A program made the translations under genes and the position numbers. DNA of 64,000 nt. It comes from Patescibacteria group bacterium (lineage in GTDB: Bacteria; Patescibacteriota; Minisyncoccia; UBA6257; 1-14-0-10-40-38). Under the pieces are notes generated by a model that was not told the DNA's origin, ran no database searches, and worked only from the letters and a program-made list of their open reading frames with translations. This document shows, piece by piece, positions 1 to 9,472 of the stretch (positions are counted from its first letter, which is position 1; each line of letters opens with the position of its first letter). Location: assembly GCA_038064975.1 (NCBI GenBank), contig JBBTRX010000002.1:880-64879 (forward strand), read 5' to 3'.

Positions 1-288
1 ATCGGAGCCTCTTCCGTTAGTCAGCTCAAAGCTGAGAGGAAGACCCGTCATGGTTGGAGAGAATTAGGAGCCACACAGCGGGAACGCGAGGCGAGCGCGA
101 GCTCGCCACAGTTGCAACACCTGCGGACCCGAGGTGGCGTGCCCCCCCCTTCCGAACCATGACGGGTGGAATGAACTAGCCTTCGTACTCCATACTTCCT
201 ATATTCCACTTCTTCCTAGTGTGTGTCAAATATCTGGCTCTCCAATGCCTTCTAGACAGAGTCTCTAATGTGAGGCATTGTGAACGTC

Positions 289-435
289 ATGGAAATATTG
301 CCACGCGACATCAGGGAGTTTCAGGAGATATGGAAGAAGGAGTTTAAGGAGGAGATTTCAGAGGAATTTGCGCGAGACCAGGCCCATCAGCTCATAGACC
401 TTGTCATTGCCCTTCTTCGACAGAAGAAGAAATAA
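289..435 (+). CDS. 48-aa small protein (MEILPRDIREFQEIWKKEFKEEISEEFARDQAHQLIDLVIALLRQKKK), of a type often seen in tRNA-integrated elements
   Basis: Read directly from sequence (ATG289..TAA435), below the ORF-track cutoff; family link is recollection. Confidence 0.55.
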   Translation: MEILPRDIREFQEIWKKEFKEEISEEFARDQAHQLIDLVIALLRQKKK

Positions 436-479
436 AAATACCGAGAACACGAAGCAGTGTTCCCGGCGCGAACATTTCT

Positions 480-875
480 TCACAGTGGAGATATCGGTGG
501 ATGCTGTTTTCGACGATCCTTATACTTTTGCCAAGCATATCTACCTATGAAAGCCAGTACTGTAGTCACGACAGCAATAACTAGCGCATTTCCGAGCGTA
601 CCACTTCCACCGTTGTAAGAATTCGATACATCTCCAATGGGGCTGTTAGGACCGTAAGTAGTCTTTGCGCCTAGAGTACCAGTTATATCCCTTCCTTCCA
701 CCAGGATTGTATCCCCGATGATGTTTATTCCCACGCCTGATCCTGTATCTAGATAGTTAAAGAACTCCTTTGCTTTGATAATTACACTCAATGACGTCTC
801 ATAAGTCCAAGGAGTCTCTGGGTATGTATTGTGAATATAGGTCGTCAATAGCTGAGCTTTATCATGGTCCGACAT
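480..875 (-). CDS. Hypothetical protein with C-terminal membrane anchor
   Basis: ORF 480..959, likely ATG at 875; hydrophobic C-terminal helix followed by a basic tail. Confidence 0.55.
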   Translation of the reverse strand: MSDHDKAQLLTTYIHNTYPETPWTYETSLSVIIKAKEFFNYLDTGSGVGINIIGDTILVEGRDITGTLGAKTTYGPNSPIGDVSNSYNGGSGTLGNALVIAVVTTVLAFIGRYAWQKYKDRRKQHPPISPL

Positions 876-972
876 AGGAGTGTAATTAAGAAGTCTCTTT
901 AGGACGACTATAGATGAATGTATTTGAGATGACTGCGAAATGTGCCAATGTGGCAACAAACTGTGTTATGTG

Positions 973-1055
973 TGGGCAGGGAGGGATTCGAACCCCCGAA
1001 GGCATAAGCCAACTGGTCTACAGCCAGTCCCGTTTGACCACTTCGGTACCTGCCC
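973..1055 (-). tRNA. tRNA-Tyr(GTA), CCA not encoded
   Basis: Reverse complement GGGCAGG...CTGTAGA...GGTTCGAATCC CTCCCTGCCCA; long variable arm. Confidence 0.95.
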
Positions 1056-1099
1056 AATCGGTATCAGAAAAATACCACGGTCAAACTAAAAAGTGAAGG

Positions 1100-1453
1100 T
1101 TATTGCTTCGTCTCAGAATTTCCTTCGTCTTTAACGTGTTCAAGAAGATTTGCAATAGATTCGCGCTTCTCTTCCGCACGATCATTCGTTTCTTTTAAGT
1201 GAGAAAGGCGATTTTCAACGAAGTTATCAAAACGCATCACGAAGATACGCGCTTTGCGGAGCATCTTTACGGAAGAAGAATTAAGCCATGCATCAATTTT
1301 TTTGAGCGGCAGTCTTTGGAGTGATCGATCAAAAAATCCTGGCGCATGAGGAATCACTGCACCCTCCTCAACACGAGGCATAGCTCGTGCCAAAAGATAT
1401 ATCACAACGCCAAGACTTACAAAAAGACTAGTTTGAAGAATGAAATCGTACAT
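1100..1453 (-). CDS. Hypothetical protein with N-terminal TM helix
   Basis: MYDFILQTSLFVSLGVVIYLLARAMPRV; in line with rpsB-tsf. Confidence 0.65.
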   Translation of the reverse strand: MYDFILQTSLFVSLGVVIYLLARAMPRVEEGAVIPHAPGFFDRSLQRLPLKKIDAWLNSSSVKMLRKARIFVMRFDNFVENRLSHLKETNDRAEEKRESIANLLEHVKDEGNSETKQ

Positions 1454-1502
1454 AACTGAAATGAGTATATCAAAGAACATATACGTTGGACAATGTGAAT
1501 TA

Positions 1503-1943
1503 TTAAACTTCGTAGCGAGAGAATCGAGTTACTTGAATATTCTCCCCTATCTTCGCAATCGTGTCCTGAACAAGATCACCTATCGTAAGCTTATCGTCTT
1601 TAACATACGGCTGAGCGAGAAGCGCTTCAACAGATTCGGGTGCCATAGCGGTGATCTGCATCACGATCTCTTTTGCGAGATTGCGAAACGGTTCAGATTT
1701 TAAAACGAAATCCGTTTCCGCGCGAATCTCGAGTAGCACGCCAACGCGCCCATTATGGATATATGATTCCAGCCAGCCAGCTCCGGTCGCACGCTCAGCC
1801 TTAGAGCTTGCCCGTTTTAATCCTTTTTCTTTTAAAATTGCTTTTGCTTTTTCAAAGTCGCCCCCTGCATCAACGAGTGCCCGTTTGCACTCCATGATAC
1901 CGGCGCCCGTTGTTTCGCGCAAACGCTGAACATCATTTACCAT
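1503..1943 (-). CDS. tsf: Elongation factor Ts (short form, 146 aa)
   Basis: LRETTGAGIMECKRAL, ETDFV motifs; downstream of rpsB. Confidence 0.95.
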   Translation of the reverse strand: MVNDVQRLRETTGAGIMECKRALVDAGGDFEKAKAILKEKGLKRASSKAERATGAGWLESYIHNGRVGVLLEIRAETDFVLKSEPFRNLAKEIVMQITAMAPESVEALLAQPYVKDDKLTIGDLVQDTIAKIGENIQVTRFSRYEV

Positions 1944-1956
1944 TGCTTTGTAAAAA

Positions 1957-2742
1957 TTATTTTTTATCTTGCTTCCGACTTTCCGGTTTTTCTGGCGCAC
2001 TTACCACGGCACTACGCTTTCCTTCTTCGACATACTGTTCTAACCGTTCCATAACCCATTGAATACTTGATGCTGACCGATCATTCGCAACGATAGGATA
2101 TTCTACGAGAGCCGGATCTACATTACTAGAAAGAATCCCTACAACCGGAATGCGTATCTTCTTTGCCTCTTTGACGGCGATCATATGATCAGATACGCCG
2201 GCGACAACCATGAGATCAGGTACTCGCTTTAACTGTTCAAGTCCTCCGAAGAGATGGGCGAGGCGTTCAATTTCTTTAGTAAAATCAAGACGCTCTTTCT
2301 TGGTGTATTTTTCAAGACGGCCAGACGCTTTATCCGATTTCAGTTTTTCATAATAATCCAACCGTTTGCTGAGCGTTTTGAAATTAGTAAGAATTCCGCC
2401 CAACCATCGCACAGTAATATACGGATACCCCGTTTTTTCAGCCAACGTCTTTACTGCTAACTTTGCAGGAGGCGTAGTTCCTACAAAAAGGACCAAACCT
2501 TTTTTTTCACAAACCGCTTTTATCGCAGCACCGGCAGACTTAATCATCTCCGGAGTTTTTTCAACATCAAGAATCGCCATGCCGTTTCTCGTCGCATGGA
2601 CGTAAGGAATCATCTTGGGATGAGTCTTAGATTTACTTCTTCCGTAAAGCACGCCGGCTTTGAGCATTTCATCCAGTATCGGATCAATCTCAATATGCTC
2701 GGGAACGGCAGAAGATGTTGAATTTGTGATTTCGTTTACCAT
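1957..2742 (-). CDS. rpsB: 30S ribosomal protein S2
   Basis: MLKAGV, RWLGGILTNFKT, PIVAND motifs. Confidence 0.96.
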   Translation of the reverse strand: MVNEITNSTSSAVPEHIEIDPILDEMLKAGVLYGRSKSKTHPKMIPYVHATRNGMAILDVEKTPEMIKSAGAAIKAVCEKKGLVLFVGTTPPAKLAVKTLAEKTGYPYITVRWLGGILTNFKTLSKRLDYYEKLKSDKASGRLEKYTKKERLDFTKEIERLAHLFGGLEQLKRVPDLMVVAGVSDHMIAVKEAKKIRIPVVGILSSNVDPALVEYPIVANDRSASSIQWVMERLEQYVEEGKRSAVVSAPEKPESRKQDKK

Positions 2743-2818
2743 AAAAATAAACTAACAAAATGTAGGGAGAAGTATACTACGCGAGTCTCAATCGGTCAAC
2801 TACCGAAAAGGCCCCAAT

Positions 2819-3925
2819 TCATGCCCCTCCTCCAAACCGCTTAGGGAGGATTTTCATAAAGCTAGAAGTAAAGCGGGCAGTTGAAAATCGGGCACTTTTT
2901 GCACTAATTGCTTTTCGGTCAAAACCGGCTCGCTCCATGCGTAAAACCGCGTGAGATACTGATGCAGGATCCTGCCGGTCGAAAAATACGCCGCTCTCCC
3001 GATCCACTATTTCTAAAGCTCCTCCTTCCCGATACGCAATAATCGGCGTTCCACATGCTTGAGCTTCTGCAGCAACAAGACCAAAATCTTCCGCTTGGGG
3101 AAAAATAAACGCCTTCGCTCCTGCATATACATGTCGCAATTCGTTATCGGTAATGTTTCCTAGAAATTGAATATTCTTTGCTTTCCCTGCAAGAGAACGG
3201 AGCGCGTTATCTTCGGGACCTGACCCTACAATTTTTAGCGTATACGGCAAAGAGCGGAATGTTCGGACCAGAAGGTCAAACTTTTTATAGTGCATGAATC
3301 TTCCCACAGCAAGATAATATTTGCTGACAGGAATAGAGGGGTCAAAGAAAAATTTTTCATCTGCGAGCGGCGGGTACACAATCTTCGCTTCCCTGCCATA
3401 GTACCGCTCTATTTTATCTGCGATGAAACGCGAAATAGTAATAATTTTGTCCGGCTTTTGTCCCGCAGCGAAATCCCAATTTCTTAAATACGCAAACGCC
3501 GGACGAAACACGCTTTTAAATATTGGGTTTGAGAAATAACTATCCAATTCCCATGCGTAGCGAAGCGGTGTATAGCAATAGGAAAGATGATAGGTGTTCG
3601 GATTATGCCGGATCCCCTTCGCGTAGCCAGATGTCGCGGATATCACGACATCATATTGATTTCCCAAATCAATACTCTCTGCGGCGTGTGGCATAAACGG
3701 AATAAACAGCCGATGGTTGCGCGCAATAATGGGATAATTAATAAACGAGGTTCCTCGCACGCGATCGTGATATCTATCCCCAAATTTTTCACGATCATAA
3801 AACAACGTATAAATATCCGCTTGAGGGAAGAGTGAAATAAAAACATCAAGCACGCGTTCTGCTCCGCCTGCTTGATTTAAATAGTCGTGGACGATCGCCA
3901 CGCGTATGGGCTTATGGTTTCTCAT
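2819..3925 (-). CDS. Glycosyltransferase family 4
   Basis: VAIVHDYLNQAGGAERV; EDFGLVAAEAQACGTPIIAY. Confidence 0.92.
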   Translation of the reverse strand: MRNHKPIRVAIVHDYLNQAGGAERVLDVFISLFPQADIYTLFYDREKFGDRYHDRVRGTSFINYPIIARNHRLFIPFMPHAAESIDLGNQYDVVISATSGYAKGIRHNPNTYHLSYCYTPLRYAWELDSYFSNPIFKSVFRPAFAYLRNWDFAAGQKPDKIITISRFIADKIERYYGREAKIVYPPLADEKFFFDPSIPVSKYYLAVGRFMHYKKFDLLVRTFRSLPYTLKIVGSGPEDNALRSLAGKAKNIQFLGNITDNELRHVYAGAKAFIFPQAEDFGLVAAEAQACGTPIIAYREGGALEIVDRESGVFFDRQDPASVSHAVLRMERAGFDRKAISAKSARFSTARFTSSFMKILPKRFGGGA

Positions 3926-3947
3926 GCCGCTTCCCTTTATAATACAA

Positions 3948-4110
3948 TAGACTTGTCCTGAAATAAGATTCTGATGAAAATATTCAGATTTCTAGGCGAG
4001 GCGAAGTGGAAAAAATACAGGAATAGCCAGAGGCTATTCCGAGGCTTTTTCCACAAGCCGTAGCCGAAATATGGATATTTGGACGGAAAAATTATTTCAG
4101 GACAGGTCTA
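3948..4110. repeat. Long palindromic MITE/RPE-like element
   Basis: TIR TAGACTTGTCCTGAAATAA / TTATTTCAGGACAGGTCTA (18/19), nested hairpins, flanking TAATACAAT direct repeat. Confidence 0.8.
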
Positions 4111-4115
4111 ATACA

Positions 4116-4718
4116 ATGCTCTATTCTGCCGCAAAGCGAGGAGTTGATATCGTAGGCGCTTTAGCCGGGCTCGCACTTATAGCGCCCATCGCGCCTATTA
4201 TTGCCGTGGCTATTAAACTTGAAAGTAAAGGTTCAGTCCTTGTCACGCTCCCACGGGTTAGTCGGGGAAAGCTCATTAACGTATATAAATTTCGTTCCAT
4301 GATAGACGGTGCTCACGCGATGAAGACCGAGCTCACTCATTTAAATGAACGCATTGATGGTCCATTCTTTAAAATGCGCCATGACCCACGCGTGACCCGT
4401 GTCGGACGCATTATCCGCAAATTCCGTTTTGATGAATTTCCCCAACTCTTAAATGTTTTAAAGGGAGATCTTTCGCTTGTCGGCCCCCGGCCTCATGAAG
4501 TAGAAGAGATTATCCATTACCCCCACCCCTACAAACATCTCATGCTCGCGAAAGCGGGTGTAACCGGACTCTCTCAAATAAACGGTGCATCCAGTCTTCC
4601 GTTTTTAAAAGAATTGGAATATGACAGCGGATATTTAGAAGAGCAATCTCTCTCCCTTGATGTGCAAATTATAGCGAAGACGCTTGGGATTTTCTTTCGC
4701 GATCATAACGCGGTGTAA
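4116..4718 (+). CDS. Bacterial sugar (phosphoglycosyl) transferase, WcaJ C-terminal/PglC-like
   Basis: KRGVDI, YKFRSM, DPRVTRVG, DEFPQLLNVLKGDLSLVGPRP. Confidence 0.92.
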   Translation: MLYSAAKRGVDIVGALAGLALIAPIAPIIAVAIKLESKGSVLVTLPRVSRGKLINVYKFRSMIDGAHAMKTELTHLNERIDGPFFKMRHDPRVTRVGRIIRKFRFDEFPQLLNVLKGDLSLVGPRPHEVEEIIHYPHPYKHLMLAKAGVTGLSQINGASSLPFLKELEYDSGYLEEQSLSLDVQIIAKTLGIFFRDHNAV

Positions 4719-4757
4719 CAAAGTTATGCACACGAGTGCGTATGATATACTGAAACC

Positions 4758-5660
4758 ATGAAACGAAATGGATTTTCGCTTGTTGAACTTTTAATTTATA
4801 TGGGAGTACTCGCGATTACCGCGACGCTCTTTCTCGGAATCTTGGCATCCACTGCGCGCATCCAAGTGCATGAAGTCGCGGCAAGCGAACTTACTAATCA
4901 GCTTAATTTTTCTCTCCAAACCATACAACGCTTAGTTCGCGAATCAAGTAATATTGCAGGAGTTGGTGCAGGAGATAATTCTGAAACCGGAACCGTGGAG
5001 CTAAGCTATCTTAAACTCCGCATGCCAGATGATACTCAAGATCCAACATGCATCACTCTTGTAAATAATGCCGGAGTAAATGAAATTCGTGTCACGCAAG
5101 GCGGACAAATAATCCCCAACGAATATAAATGTAAAGACTCAGTTCCCTTAGATGCGATCACGACAAATAAAGTCACTGTTTCAAATCTTGGTTTCACGTT
5201 TTCTCCAGGAGCAGGAGCACCGGCAAAAGACATAGTGGAGATTGCGCTCACGATGGATAGTAATACACAAAATCCACAGGGCCAAATTTCCCGATCACTC
5301 CGTAGTGCTATTGGGAGAGTTTCCGCCGCAACATTTGATACAGGAGTTGTCCCAACCATTACCGATACTCTAGACCTAGGTAGTCAATCAACACTTTGGA
5401 GTAATCTCTGGGTTAAAAATATTAGAGGAGAGTTTAAACAACCAAATAATTACGGAGGTACACTAACAAAAGGAAATTTTGTTGTCGGGATACCTCAAGG
5501 CACGAGTTGTAATACGCTTTGCTCGAATCATGTAAATTCATGCGCGTTTGCGTTTGAATTTGTAGATCCTAACCCACCAACATCTAATGATCGTGCTCTG
5601 GATGAACTAACTTGTAGCACCAACGCCGGAGCTTATGGAGGGATTTGTTTTTGTAGATAA
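4758..5660 (+). CDS. Type IV pilin-like protein (prepilin N-terminal cleavage motif)
   Basis: MKRNG|FSLVELLIYMG; Cys-rich C-terminus. Confidence 0.85.
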   Translation: MKRNGFSLVELLIYMGVLAITATLFLGILASTARIQVHEVAASELTNQLNFSLQTIQRLVRESSNIAGVGAGDNSETGTVELSYLKLRMPDDTQDPTCITLVNNAGVNEIRVTQGGQIIPNEYKCKDSVPLDAITTNKVTVSNLGFTFSPGAGAPAKDIVEIALTMDSNTQNPQGQISRSLRSAIGRVSAATFDTGVVPTITDTLDLGSQSTLWSNLWVKNIRGEFKQPNNYGGTLTKGNFVVGIPQGTSCNTLCSNHVNSCAFAFEFVDPNPPTSNDRALDELTCSTNAGAYGGICFCR

Positions 5661-5663
5661 CCT

Positions 5664-6260
5664 TTATTTAAACTGCTTTAGTACCTCAAAATCTTTCTTG
5701 AGTGTTTCTCGGGATTCGCCATACAAGGCAACCGCGGGATGATAGAGCGGAACAATGCGCATTTTTCCGTAGGGAGCATCTGTTTCAAAGACGCGCCCGT
5801 GGATTGCACTGATTGGTTGTAGTTCGTTGCCAAGCCCGAATTTTTCCATAATATAGCGCATAGAGAATCTGCCCAAAGTCGCAACAACTTTCGGCTGAAT
5901 GATCGCAATCTGCCGATCTAAAAACGGTGCATACATTTCTATCTCCGATGGCAATGGATCCCGATTCATCGGAGGACGATCTTTTACAATGTTCGTAATA
6001 TAGACATTCTTCCGATCAATATTTATTGAAGCAAGAAGTTCGTCTAGAACTTTCCCTGAAGCACCACAAAATGGCCGCCCCGTTGCCGCTTCATTTTTCC
6101 CCGGCGCCTCTCCGATAAACATAATGGTCGCGGTATGACTCCCCTCGCCAATCACAGGGAAAACATTATTTTTAACTCGCTCTGCATAAAGCGGAGAATC
6201 TTTGAAGTTTAAAATTTCTTCCTTAACTCTAAGCATTGCCTCTCGCCGATCCCCATTCAT
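5664..6260 (-). CDS. Uracil-DNA glycosylase family 4
   Basis: IMFIGEAPGKNE, GRPFCGASG, YHPA motifs. Confidence 0.92.
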   Translation of the reverse strand: MNGDRREAMLRVKEEILNFKDSPLYAERVKNNVFPVIGEGSHTATIMFIGEAPGKNEAATGRPFCGASGKVLDELLASINIDRKNVYITNIVKDRPPMNRDPLPSEIEMYAPFLDRQIAIIQPKVVATLGRFSMRYIMEKFGLGNELQPISAIHGRVFETDAPYGKMRIVPLYHPAVALYGESRETLKKDFEVLKQFK

Positions 6261-6265
6261 AATGG

Positions 6266-6724
6266 TTATAGTTTTTTATCCATCCACAAATAATTATGAC
6301 CTTCGGTAAAACCCTGTTTTTTGAAAAAAGCGACAATACTACGATCACCTTCGTTATTCGCCCAACTATAAAGATTATGTATCCCTCGTTTCTTAAGCTC
6401 TACTACGCACGCATCATATAAAAGCTGGGCTACTCCGTTTTTCCTGAATATTGGAACAGTAACAATATAAACGATATATGCCGACCTTTTCTGAAGATAT
6501 TTATTTTCTCCTATGCTTGCATAGATAAAACCAGCAATCTTTTCACCCGACTCCGCGACAAGAAATACACTATCTTCATGTTCGAGTACGGACATAAATT
6601 CTGCCGGATCCATAAACACATCATTACTACTAATAGAAAATTCAGGCGTCGCTTCCCCAAGGGCGTACAATATATCAAAATCTTTTTTCTTTGCCTCGCG
6701 AATTACAAAGTTTTTACTTTCCAT
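6266..6724 (-). CDS. GNAT family N-acetyltransferase
   Basis: IREA..., VPIFRKNGVA (acetyl-CoA motif), FFKKQGF. Confidence 0.85.
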   Translation of the reverse strand: MESKNFVIREAKKKDFDILYALGEATPEFSISSNDVFMDPAEFMSVLEHEDSVFLVAESGEKIAGFIYASIGENKYLQKRSAYIVYIVTVPIFRKNGVAQLLYDACVVELKKRGIHNLYSWANNEGDRSIVAFFKKQGFTEGHNYLWMDKKL

Positions 6725-9080
6725 GACACTTCTTGTATTTCTTACCGCTTCCGCATGGGCAGGGATCGTTGCGGCCAACATTAGAGTCGTCTACGCCGGA
6801 TGACGGACCATTTACTGCAGGCGCATGCATGTGTACTGTCTGTTGCGAACTAGAAGCTACTTCAAGCTTATCTTTATTTTCTTCTATCCACTTTTCAAAT
6901 TCGCGAAGCATGGCCTGAAACATTACGTGCCCTTCTTTGCGATACTCCACGAGCGGATCATGCTGGCCATAGGCGCGCAAACCAACTCCATCCTGGAGTT
7001 CTTCCATGTTTTCTAAATGACTCATCCAGAACATATCAAGCACTGAGAGCATCTGCGGATGCGATCCGGAATCCAAAAGTTCTTGCCGTTTTTTATAGAT
7101 ACTGAGGCGCTGTTTATTCAAAACATCATCATATTCCAGCAAATGTTTGCGGGAATCAAAATGCATACCCTCCACCTTTGACTGCGCTTGAGAAATTGAT
7201 CGCGTTACAAGTTTCGCCTGAATTGGCTGATCTTCGGGAATATTAAAGCGATCCATAATGCCGCTTACACGATCTCCTCCAAAAATACGCATCAAGTCAT
7301 CCTGCAAAGAAAGGAAAAATTGGGATGATCCCGGATCCCCTTGCCTGCCGGCGCGTCCGCGCAACTGATTATCAATACGGCGCGATTCATGCCGCTCAGT
7401 ACCCACAACGTGCAAACCGCCCGCTTCTTTTACTTTTTGTGCAGCTTCGGGAGTACTTGGATTGCCGCCCAAAATAATATCAACACCACGCCCTGCCATG
7501 TTGGTTGCAACTGTAATCGCTCCCGGCCTGCCTGCCTGCGCAATCGTTCCTCCTTCGTGTTCGTTATTTTTCGCATTCAACACTTCGTGCTTTAAACCGG
7601 CATTCCGCAAATGACGCGCAAGTTCTTCATTTTTTTCTATAGAAACAGTTCCAATGAGAATCGGTTGGCCTTTCTCGTGCCGTGCTTTAATATCGCGAAC
7701 AATCGCCTGATATTTTCCCTCCACTGTCTTATATACCAAATCCTGTTCATCAGCGCGCTGTGGCGCTTTATGAGTCGGAATAGTCACTACTTTTAGACTG
7801 TATACTTTATCAAATTCTTCCGCGGATGTTTGAGCAGTTCCCGTCATGCCGGAAATTTTCCGATACAGACGAAAATAATTTTGAATAGAAATAGAAGCAT
7901 ACGTACGAGACTCCTCACGGACATGCACTCCCTCCTTTGCCTCAATCGCCTGGTGCAGTCCGCCGGAATACCTACGACCCTTCATAAGACGTCCGGTAAA
8001 TTGATCCACAATGATAATCTGGCCGTCTTTTACAACATAGTCTCGATCGTTTAAAAAAAGTTCTTTCGCTTTTAAACTTTCCTGCAGATAATGCGTCATC
8101 CGCAAATTTTCAGGGCTGTAGAGATTTGAGATATTAAGCACCTTTTCTACACTATCAATACCCGCCTCTATAATATCAACGCTCCGTAGTTTTTCATCAA
8201 CAATATAGTCCTCGTCTCGCTTGAGACGTGAGACGACACGGGCGAACGCTTTATAGGCATCGCTGGAAGCCGCATCCGGTGCGGCAATAATAAGTGGAGT
8301 TCTTGCTTCGTCAATTAAAATTGAATCAACTTCGTCAATAACGGCATAGTGATGTGCGCCCTGCACTTGGTCTTCTTTCCGATACGCCAAATTATCGCGA
8401 AGATAATCAAACCCAAATTCGTGATTGGTTCCATACGTAATGTCCGTAGCATAAGCATCTTTTCGTGAAATAGGACGAAGATATTCGTCGTGCACCATAA
8501 AACTTCCGGTACGATCACGCACCTCATCAATCGCCCCGCCCTCTCGGAAACTGTCAGATTCCCCTTTTTTAAAATGAGGATCATATTGCCGCGCTCCTTC
8601 ATGTACAAGACAAGAAGTCGTAAGACCTAAAAAGGCATAGATTTGTCCCATCCATGTCGCGTCGCGTTTTGCCAAATATTCATTTACGGTCACGACATGC
8701 ACGCCATGCCCAGCTAAAGCATTTAAATATACGGCGAGCGTCGCAGCGAGTGTCTTTCCTTCTCCCGTACGCATTTCAGCAATCTGCCCCTTGTGGAGAG
8801 CAATACCGCCTAAAAGCTGGGCATCAAAATGCCGTTGATGTAATGTGCGTTTTGCCGCCTCACGAACGAGTGCAAACGCTTCAGGAAGAATCTGCTCAAG
8901 ATAAGCACTTTGTTCTTCCCACGAAGTATAGGATCGCGCTTTAGTTTGGAGCTCCTTACTCTTCGCACGCAGAGCGTCATCGGAGAGCGATACCACACCC
9001 TCTTCAAGTGCATTAATTTGCTCCACGGTTTTGTGGTGCGAAGAATCTGCAGAAAACAATTGTATGATTTTTGAAAGCAT
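6714..9080 (-). CDS. secA: Protein translocase subunit SecA
   Basis: EMRTGEGKT, DEVDSILIDEART, RRIDNQLRGRAGRQGDPG, SEC-C motif. Confidence 0.98.
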   Translation of the reverse strand: MLSKIIQLFSADSSHHKTVEQINALEEGVVSLSDDALRAKSKELQTKARSYTSWEEQSAYLEQILPEAFALVREAAKRTLHQRHFDAQLLGGIALHKGQIAEMRTGEGKTLAATLAVYLNALAGHGVHVVTVNEYLAKRDATWMGQIYAFLGLTTSCLVHEGARQYDPHFKKGESDSFREGGAIDEVRDRTGSFMVHDEYLRPISRKDAYATDITYGTNHEFGFDYLRDNLAYRKEDQVQGAHHYAVIDEVDSILIDEARTPLIIAAPDAASSDAYKAFARVVSRLKRDEDYIVDEKLRSVDIIEAGIDSVEKVLNISNLYSPENLRMTHYLQESLKAKELFLNDRDYVVKDGQIIIVDQFTGRLMKGRRYSGGLHQAIEAKEGVHVREESRTYASISIQNYFRLYRKISGMTGTAQTSAEEFDKVYSLKVVTIPTHKAPQRADEQDLVYKTVEGKYQAIVRDIKARHEKGQPILIGTVSIEKNEELARHLRNAGLKHEVLNAKNNEHEGGTIAQAGRPGAITVATNMAGRGVDIILGGNPSTPEAAQKVKEAGGLHVVGTERHESRRIDNQLRGRAGRQGDPGSSQFFLSLQDDLMRIFGGDRVSGIMDRFNIPEDQPIQAKLVTRSISQAQSKVEGMHFDSRKHLLEYDDVLNKQRLSIYKKRQELLDSGSHPQMLSVLDMFWMSHLENMEELQDGVGLRAYGQHDPLVEYRKEGHVMFQAMLREFEKWIEENKDKLEVASSSQQTVHMHAPAVNGPSSGVDDSNVGRNDPCPCGSGKKYKKCHGK

Positions 9081-9156
9081 AATAAGGAATACTAAAAGAA
9101 AAAGAGGGACCCTACATTAATTCAATGCAGAAAGACAAAAAAAGACGTTTACAACA

Positions 9157-9471
9157 TTAACTGTTCTTCTCCTTATAGCGCTCCAATTCGCGCTTGAGTT
9201 TATCACGCACTTTATCAATAGCGCTATAGATCGTCTCGTTTGTATCTTCCGCCCGAAGCATAGCGTTCGGAAGATGCAGATTTGCCTCCGCCCGGAATAC
9301 ATCTCCTTTATTGTGGTGATGAGTCGTTTTACCCACCTCTACCTGGATTTCTATTCCGCCTTCGTGATCCCAGCGGGAGAGCAGTTTAGCAAGCTGACCT
9401 ATCTTTTCTTCTACGAATTCCCGAAGCGCAGGCGTAAGCTCAAAATTTGTGGCTTTAATTAAGATTTTCAT
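9157..9471 (-). CDS. raiA: Ribosome hibernation factor HPF/RaiA (short)
   Basis: IKATNFELTPALREFVEEKI ... YSAIDKVRDKLKREL. Confidence 0.9.
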   Translation of the reverse strand: MKILIKATNFELTPALREFVEEKIGQLAKLLSRWDHEGGIEIQVEVGKTTHHHNKGDVFRAEANLHLPNAMLRAEDTNETIYSAIDKVRDKLKRELERYKEKNS

Positions 9472-9472
9472 A

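Noticed and set aside
914-1096. 60-aa ORF
   Set aside because: Antisense to tRNA-Tyr
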